From: Lingula anatina
Taxonomy: Eukaryota > Animalia > Brachiopoda
Length of the DNA: 64,000 bases
Direction of reading: 5' to 3'
NCBI GenBank assembly: GCA_051362555.1
Contig: CM120645.1
Span: forward strand, 23,526,934 to 23,590,933
Part shown: in pieces, positions 23,441 to 64,000 of the stretch
Layout of the letters: each line of letters starts with the position of its first letter
How positions within the stretch are numbered: position 1 is the stretch's first letter
Notes under the pieces: generated by a model
Database searches by the model: none
Told to the model about the DNA's origin: nothing
What the model saw: only the letters and a program-made list of their open reading frames with translations
Position numbers and translations under genes: made by a program

Positions 23441-24473
23441 AAGGACCGGAGTAACCTTAATGCAAGAGATATATGCAGGGTATATTTTTGCAAAGTTATG
23501 TTAAAACTTTCTGTTTCAATACCCAGACAATTGTTTAAGCCTAGGTTCCAACCGACAGCTATTTAGCGTGAACCCCCAGGGAGCTCATAAGTTTGGATCG
23601 ATCTAATCTCTGGGAATGGGGTCTAAGTAACATTGAATGAGAAATGAAATGACAATATGTTTAAGACATGCATTGTAACTGAATGGTTCAAAGCTGCCAC
23701 TGATGTGGCATGAACACTGTCGAATTCTAAACAACCAGTTAACAGCAATAAACTAACAGTTAACTCTAAGAGAAAAGATATGTATTGTACTCGACTTCTC
23801 AAATCAGAATATTTTTTAGTACTGCAGAGAAAGAGAGTGTTTCAGATGATATTGTACATAATCCAGGCTTAACTGCCATAATAAGTTTAGGATATAGTGT
23901 CTTTACAAATCCCAAGGACCTTCATGTAACGGAACCTGGGAATGCCATGAAAGATAGTTTAACCCCAACACAAAATTAAGGCTTAAGATTATGATATTAA
24001 ATACATCAAACTTTAATCTTGGTACTTGCATCTGTCCTAGGATATTGTGAAATCAATGGGGTAAGTATGGGCCATTTGTTGATGACTCTTTCATGTTATG
24101 ACTTTTTCTGCTATTTTTTTAATAATTGCTTTAACACTTTCTATCTGTAACTTGCAGGTAATGCCGGTCTCAGGTATATAAGACTGGTTCTAGTAGGTTG
24201 TTTCAAGGAATAGAGAACTCCACTCAAAACCTCACAAACGAGTTTTTGTTGTGAGATAACTTACACAAGTCTTCTCTGGAGAGTCATCTTTTTGGGTTTG
24301 ATACTGTCTGTCTCTAAAGGCATGGGTTGTAAAGCTAATTAATCTGCATGCAAAAAGTATATAATTGTCATTTTTGTCTAAGTATGCATGATGACGCCTG
24401 ATCTCTAACCCTGAAAATTTGCATAGTATATTAGTACCACAGAGTGTCTGTACACATAAGGTTCAAATTAGTC

Positions 24474-27400
24474 TCAGGATCTTATGAGCTCTTGTAAAAC
24501 AGTTCCCTCTTTTAAAATTGACTCAGTTGGCACTTGGGTGTCTTCTGCTATCACAACGTTGCAGTCCTTGTCAGCAGCTATCCCATCATCCCCTCTTTCA
24601 TTCCCATCATCCTCTCTGTCATCCTCCAGCCCGCAAAGTAGGTTGTCATTTTCAAAAGTTGGGAAGAAATACCTGAGTCGTAAAAACATTTTGCAATTAT
24701 ATCAATAAATATACCTACTACGTGTGTGTAGATATAGACTGATTAATGTAGTTTAGCCAAACTAAGGGTGCTTTCCCAGAGATTTAGATCGATCTAACTC
24801 CCTGGGGGTTCACGCTAAATTGCAGTCAGCCGAGCGGGCACCATAGTTAATTACCCCCTGACAGCTTTTAGTAGGCAGGACAGATGCTTAAGCCGGCCAA
24901 GCTGACAGTAATCTAGTGATACTCCCAACAGGGATAGATCGATCTAAAAATCTATGGAAATGGGGTGAAATACATAATAAAAATATGTTGATAAAATAAA
25001 AACATGAACAAATACCTGATATGCTTGATATCTGATACCAGTGACTTGATAAAAAATTTGAAACTGCTTTCATATTTATATACATTGAGAATTTTTCATC
25101 AAAATGTTTATATTATATAACAGAACTTGAGGTAACAGATAATTCCCCACTTACTGGGGCTGGTCCCAGTCTGAGGATTCTGGGAACTGAGTCACATGAC
25201 CAGAGTGTGTGTAATGTCCAATCAGATCTTCTCTTGCTTCAAACTTTTCACAGCAGAGAATGCAGCAGTTTTGGTGCATCTAAGCAAAACAAACAAGAAC
25301 TGGGATAGGTCACATTGTATTCCGTACTATTCAAAGTCCCAGAAAGTATTCAAATTGAGCTTTCAATTGTGGAACAACAAATTATAGCTTTGTGTAAAGT
25401 TATGAAACAATCAACACTTCTACGGTGTATTTTGTAAAATGCAATTTACCTGTCTCCTGATGTAGTTAATCAATTTGACCTGTTGATAAAAGTTCAACCT
25501 CTTTGCTTGCCTGACAGTTTTTAGGTCAAATCCATGAACCACCTTCAAATACAAAAAAAGTCTTCCTCCAATAGATTTACATCTTCAAAGTAAAAGAAGC
25601 ATAATTTTGGCATCACATTGTTTAGGTTCATCTCTTTTTATCAATTAAAAAACAATATCTGCGTTCTGTGTTACTGAAGAAAATTTAAAAGTAAGCGCAC
25701 TGCACTGTCTCCCTGTACTGTACCTTCATGTGTTCTAGGAGGCGGTCCATGTCAGTATCACCATGGCAACAGAACAGACAGACAGCTCTGGCTCCAGTGT
25801 CGTCGGTCCAGCCTGTCCACTCTCTTAAATGTAGACAACAAGCAGAAATGAAAAAGTCTGAAAATATGGCATGCCCCCCCTCCCCCTCTCCATTTTAAAT
25901 GCAGGTCTGCATGGATCTGAAAAATGATTTTTTGGGGTTCTATGGGTTCGAAAAAGTCTTAAATCTTCCAATACCCTGAAAAATGTCATCCCTGCCCCCC
26001 CCCCCCTCCCCCCCCCCACCTATGCATCCTTCCACAATTACTTTAGACTGTATCAAAGCATAGACTGAAAACTGAAAGTATATGACAACTTTAAATTTAG
26101 CTTAGCACACTCACTCTTCATTGTCAGTCTCATCATCTTCTATGGCAACATCATGTTCTGACTGTATGTTCTCCCAATTTTTACCAAGTTCCTGAAATTG
26201 GAAATCATACACATCCTGCATTTCATATTTAGGTACAGTAAGTGACTTGATATAACATATTAATGGTGAGTCATCTGCTTAGTCTGAGGATTGACTAGCA
26301 GAGTATGAGACTGGTCTGATGACTGACTAGTAGCTTTGACACTAGTCTTGGATTGACTAGAAGAGTAGACACTTGTCTAAGGCTTCGTTCACATGCAATG
26401 TCTATTTTCTAAATTCTATTTTCTATTTCTATTCTTATAGTAACTTATAGTAACTGGCTCGCGCTGCCAGTAATTACGCCGCGGGATATTCAGGGCACAG
26501 ACCGAGATCATAAGACATATTGCGAATAGAAAATAGAATTTAGAAAATAGACATTTCATGTGAATGAAGCCTAAGACTGACCAGTAAATCTACCATCAAA
26601 CTCACAAAACTGCATTACCTATACTACATTAGTGGAAAGTTAAAATAAATAAAAAATGCTTTGCGTTCTGCAGTTTTGCACACATAAACTGACTTCTAAT
26701 GCCCTTATAGAGAACTGCCAACATAAATATAAACCAGCACATTTTTTTTCAATCTGAACCAACTTCTGTCTGCAACTTCTGTCAAAAATATCATAACTGC
26801 ATTGCAAATTGAGGGACATGAAAAATACTATTGTTTCTCTGTGATCTACTGGAACTCACAAATTAAAGCAAGTTTATACAACTTCTAATTCAACAATGTA
26901 AATAAAATTACCAGATAATTGATGACATAGAATTTGTCATAGGTAGGATTTTGTGGCTTGATTCTTTTGTGCTGCTTTTTCCTCATGTGTTCTTTGAGGG
27001 TCATGCGGTCCTTGAAATTCTTCTCACAGTACAGACACTGAAGGCTGGGAAAAAAGTTCCAGAAACTTACATGATTATGATTATCTTAAGCTAAAAAAAC
27101 TCAGAAAAAGTGAAAATGTAATTGTCAAAAAATGACTTTTTTTTCAATATTGGCACTTTTGTTTTAGCCTTTTTACTTCTGAACAGGTGATTGTTTTAAC
27201 ATCCATATATTTGATAATATTTCAACTATCTTTACATCTTTTGTCTTACTTGTCAAGCTTCTCCTGCAGTAAATCCAGGAATTCATCTGTGTTTACTGAA
27301 GATGACAAAAAAATTGACTTGCAATATCATAACTACCCAATCTTTGCACTGTTTGTAAAACTAACAACATAATATTTGTTTTAATCAGCACTTGAAAATG

Positions 27401-29494
27401 TCAGCAAGTTCAGATAAATATCTAAATTAAGAAAGTCATAACTGATAAAAACATTTATAATATCATCTCCATTATCAGAAATCAACTTACAAAACAGCAG
27501 ACCTTGTTACATGCTCTCCGGTCAGTTTAAATATGTGACATAAAAGCCCACACCCACACAAAGATAGAGTCACCATTTTAGTCAACACAAACTAGTGTAC
27601 AGCATGCACATATAATATTGCCAACATTACCCAAGTTGTCTGGAAGTCCTACATTGAAATTGTGCTCAGAGTTCATGTGATTGAAGAGTTCTGATCTGAA
27701 ATACAGAATATAGGCATTGTAATAATTTTTTCTCCCATTTTTCCCTTTCTGATATTCTAGCTTTTTCATTTCTTTCTTCACTATAATGAACATATACTTG
27801 GTTTTGGAGGTCACAACCTTTTTAGTCAATGTGAAGACAAAAATTCACCCAAGTTAAACAAAGCAATTAACAGTATACCTTCACAATAAATAAAGATTTT
27901 AGAGACAAGTCAGTGTCACATATTTAGTGTAATATGGACATATCTGTTTTATACCTCTATTTAATTACATACTCTTGATTTATTTCTATATTGGAGGGCA
28001 TTATAGTATAAAACAGAAAAGATAACAGAGCAACTTGTCAGAATTATGCTAATATAATGTGAAAGTCACTGAGAGAATCACTTTTTGTGGAATCACCCAT
28101 TGGCAAGATTAAGCACGTAGATACCGATATGATCAGAATAATTTGTGACACGCAGCCATTTTGTATCTGTGTGAGGTTGAAGGAACTTTTTCATGACATT
28201 TTGAAGACTGATATTTTTCTTATACCTGTTTCCATGAAAAAGCTCCCTGCAGAATAAACATATTCTGGAGAAAGTTGTGTCATCTCTCTCCCTCTGCTGC
28301 TGTTCTAATACAAGCACCTAGGTGTAAAGTTACAGTATCATCAAATAGAATTAAATTCCACTGAATTTTTTAAAAAAATTATCTTTCTTTATCCTTCCTA
28401 AACTGAATTACCATCATTTAAGAAAAACATAATGTTGAAATCAACGTAGGGCTGAGAGAGAGAGAAAGATGGTGAAGGAGAAAGGAGGGGGAGAGGGAAA
28501 AAGAGAGAGAGGGGGGGGGGTGAAGGAGAGAGAAGGGGGAGAGGGAAAAAGAAAATGAAAGATCAATTGTTGACATATCCTCACCAATTTTTCTCTCTGA
28601 ATCTTCTGTCTCAGCTGTTTATCTTCTGGCAGCAAATCGCATAGTAGGTAGTATGATTCCTTGGGACCTTTTAATATAAAAAATATCATTCAATCAGTAA
28701 TAAATATTCATAAAGGTTATCACCCATGGCAAATCATTTGAAAGCCAATTATATAAGACACACTGAGAATTGTAAATGCAGAAGAAAAATCCAGAATAAC
28801 CAATACTTTATAGGATAAAGGTCAAAATATATCTTTCTAGCCTTGGAGGTAAAAAAAATATGAATACATTACCAATATCAGTCTCCTTTGTATTTGTGTT
28901 AATAACACTGCAAAAGTCTTCCAAACGCTGTTCCTTGAACCTCCCTCTCCAATACTCTGCATATCTGAGATATAATTACATAAATCAGATGTCAAAATAT
29001 ACAATATTTGATATCTATGTCATATGAATACAGTATTATATCTGAAATATTAATTTTTTTACTATAAGGAATCTTAAATATAAAAACTTAATTGTCATCC
29101 ATAGAAAGCAAAATAATATACTTCAAATACCCAGACACTAAATAGAGGTTGACTTTTGTTTGGAAATACATGTATACACAACTAAAAAACTAATTAAAAA
29201 ATATAGTAGGAAAAAATAAGAAAACATACGCAATGCAACTTACTGTTTAAAATCAGCAATCAATTTCACATCACCAATCACAAATTTATGCTCTTCAACC
29301 AAGTGTTTCAGGAGTTCGTCTTTCGTTCTACTGCAGTTAAATGTCAACTGACAGAAGAAACACTGGACAATCACTTCATCAGTTTCCTTGGTTCTTTCTG
29401 GAAGTTGAGTTGTCTTGTTTTCAGAAGTTTCTTCTTCTGCAGCAAAACTCAGAGGCTGTAGGAAGGGGCTCTCTGCACTGTGGGACTCTGTCAT
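24474..29494 (-). CDS. ZNF277: Zinc finger protein 277 orthologue (12 coding exons)
   Basis: Exons: 29494-29244, 28964-28873, 28667-28585, 28317-28226, 27695-27631, 27295-27250, 27044-26912, 26191-26115, 25823-25724, 25542-25450, 25279-25155, 24672-24474. All are GT-AG and frame-consistent, with a GCCACCATG Kozak. Diagnostic motifs: GDVKLIADFKQYAEYW, HNFNVGLPDNLV, LQCLYCEKNFKDRMTLKEHMRKKQH..YDKFYVINYLELGK, LNFYQQVKLINYIRRQ, WDQPQYFFPTFENDNLLC. Confidence 0.93.
24765..24966. mobile_element. PIF/Harbinger-type MITE in the last ZNF277 intron
   Basis: Reverse-orientation relative of 6099-6318; TAGATCGATCTA near both ends. Confidence 0.75.
26381..26571. mobile_element. PIF/Harbinger-type MITE
   Basis: About 45-bp TIR GGCTTCGTTCACATGCAATGTCTATTTTCTAAATTCTATTTTCTATT and its reverse complement, with a TAA TSD (26378-26380 / 26572-26574). 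Inserted in a ~39-bp minisatellite. Confidence 0.9.
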
Positions 29495-30049
29495 GGTGGC
29501 ATGATTGAGAAATTAACAGGACCTGAAATGATGACACATACGTTAAGTTTTAGTCCTGTAGTCATGTAATTTTAAAGGGAGTGGGGTCTTTTAATTTGTA
29601 ATGAAAAGTGCACCTTTGCTAACTCACTGAGAAATGATTTTGAGTAAAAGCAGAACTTTTTATGGTGAAAAGGTGTTTTTCTAGGACCTTCCTGCCTAGA
29701 TTATTCTTAATAATTCATTTTAATGATCAAGATATACCAGTACCGATCGAGTATATCTTTAAAAAGTGTACAACTACGTGTATACCACTGTTTTGTTGTC
29801 TTTTTACAATTTTGATCTTACTTCAAATTATCCAAATATATTCTAAAATCCAACGAATGTATATCTACCGGAACGGTTCAACAACTATAAGGGACATTCC
29901 TTGGCTCTTTCTCAAATTCAAAAACGTATCTCAACGATGAGCAGCACAAGTTATTTGCTAGTTTCTCGACAAAAAAATTTGTTAAGACAAAACATTCTCA
30001 TATAACACGATGTATTTTCCATTTACCCTAAACTAAATTGCTATTCTAA

Positions 30050-30443
30050 CAGCCAAACGGTGTGTAACCCGAAAATAATTTCACTCCGTATTTTGCAATG
30101 TTTTCAACATGGGCGCAGACATCTTTGTGATATAAAACGCGAACTTGTTACATAGTGGAAAAAACTGTGTTGCAAACGACGCACGCAGCTGTTCTATCTT
30201 GACGATATCAGCACTTTTCAATAACTCCAATCGTTAATTTAAAAATAATCACAACTATACAAAAAATCAACCTCATTAGTGCCGATTACTACACAATTGA
30301 AAACTTCCGCGTGGCTGCACTGCCGTAGGGAAATCCGCGCTGGTCACATGACCAAAACAACATGGAGGAAGTGTGAAGGCAACAAAACGCGATGTTGCGG
30401 AAACTGTGTATTATTATCTTAGACCAAGCCTAGTGAGGATAAA
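30050..30443. promoter_or_regulatory. Bidirectional promoter shared by ZNF277 and DOCK3/4
   Basis: CpG-enriched stretch between the divergent genes. ETS-like ACTTCCG (30303-30309) and GGAAGTG (~30366-30372); near-palindromic E-box GGTCACATGACC (30342-30353). The ZNF277 ATG exon begins at an acceptor (29522) with an in-frame stop upstream of the ATG, so a non-coding first exon must lie further right. Exact TSSs are inferred. Confidence 0.65.
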
Positions 30444-62893
<32,450 letters not shown>

Positions 62894-63307
62894 GTAAGTG
62901 GAGGCAGGGAAATGGTGCAGCACTGGTTTTCATTGGGTCATTCAGCTGCATATTTCTCTTCTCTTTAAACATCTTTTACCTTCCAAAAGCTGTCAATTTC
63001 TTTTCCTTCATATTGTGTTTAGAAGATATAAGACCAGATGAAATTATTATATAGGATATTGGATGGGGTTTTATGGAGGAGAAAAATACCCAGGAATGAC
63101 CCTGTCTATACTTACACGATAATATGTTAGACCAGTACTAGTAGGACTATGATATGCCAATTAGTACATTTGTGATAATAATCTGAAGTTTTTCGAAATG
63201 TGACAGTTTTATTGAAAAGTTGCAGCTCTGTTTCCTTACTTTTTGTCATGAAGTAAGTGTGTTCTCTTGTGCTGAACATGTATGTTTTACTGTTATAATG
63301 CAAACAG

Positions 63308-63325
63308 GGAGTATTTAAGTTCAGC
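63308..63325 (+). CDS. Candidate 18-nt microexon of DOCK3/4 (V-EYLSS-A)
   Basis: aatgcaaacag|GGAGTATTTAAGTTCAGC|gtaagt. Phase 2-2, matching exon 35, with a consensus donor and UGC next to the acceptor. Confidence 0.55.
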
Positions 63326-64000
63326 GTAAGTTGTATAATGTCAAATAATTATGTTTAACTGCTTTCCAGCAGTACATTTACACCCTTTGTTTACTTAGCC
63401 ATGTGATTCATCATTGAGAAGTTTAAGAATTTGTTTTTATTAATGTTGTTTCATAAATATATCTTTATGTGCTTTAATTGTATTTCAGTTAGTTTTGATA
63501 TTTTTGTTGCTGGTTATTTCATATATTTACATGTGAAAAATGATGGCATGTTTTAGTTGTCAGTGTTTTGGTAATCTTACTATGAATTTCTCGTAGGAAA
63601 TACAGTAACTTCAGTATTTGTTAAAATGTGTATTTCCGAAAAAAGAGAATGATAATTTTATTGTGATTAGTCAGTATGCATATAATAGAACAGTAGGAAA
63701 TGCACATAGTATACACAGTGTAATGTGAATTATTTATTTTCTTTCTATGTGAACGAATAGCTTGTAAACCATGTGGACCCTAGAGTGAGGTTGTCATGGT
63801 GTTGCCATGGTTTTTCCTTGGTGGTGTCATGGTGATGTCATAGTGTAGCTTGGTGTTGTTTGAGTTTGTTGCATGTGCGATATGTTTATTTACTGTAATA
63901 TACTGAAATTTCAAGCACCACCTACACAATTGATTTCAATTTATATACTTTCCAGTTTTAAGAGTTGATTTTTGTCAATATATAACCTGTATGATTTTCT

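Noticed and set aside
63370-63402. 33-nt in-frame segment after TAACTGCTTTCCAG
   Set aside because: The donor (AT|GTGATT) is weak, making it much less convincing than 63308-63325.
63761-63784. 24-nt AG/GT-bounded segment containing GGACCC
   Set aside because: It has an in-frame TAA in the required phase.

Overview
AT-rich, intron-containing animal DNA; the repeat content looks invertebrate, possibly lophotrochozoan, but the species cannot be determined from this window. It has three zones. (1) 1-23.5 kb is a birth-and-death tandem array of seven minus-strand copies of an unannotated gene for a secreted ~272-aa protein. Two copies are intact, one runs off the left edge, one has a 1-nt acceptor defect, and three are pseudogenes or relics. 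The gene has a first coding exon consisting only of the ATG, then one large exon encoding a signal peptide and a probably beta-rich domain with hypervariable patches. The array carries many insertions: Penelope-like remnants with minimal hammerhead ribozymes, a 5'-truncated L1/Tx1 LINE with a 15-bp TSD, a Helentron-type (HINE) element and PIF/Harbinger-type MITEs. (2) 24.5-30.1 kb is a complete 12-coding-exon ZNF277 orthologue on the minus strand. (3) 30.4 kb to the end holds the first 35 coding exons of a DOCK3/4 (DOCK-B) Rac GEF on the plus strand, head-to-head with ZNF277 as in human 7q31, plus three candidate in-frame cassette exons or microexons. All exon coordinates were read by hand from GT/AG sites and frame continuity; no database searches were run.
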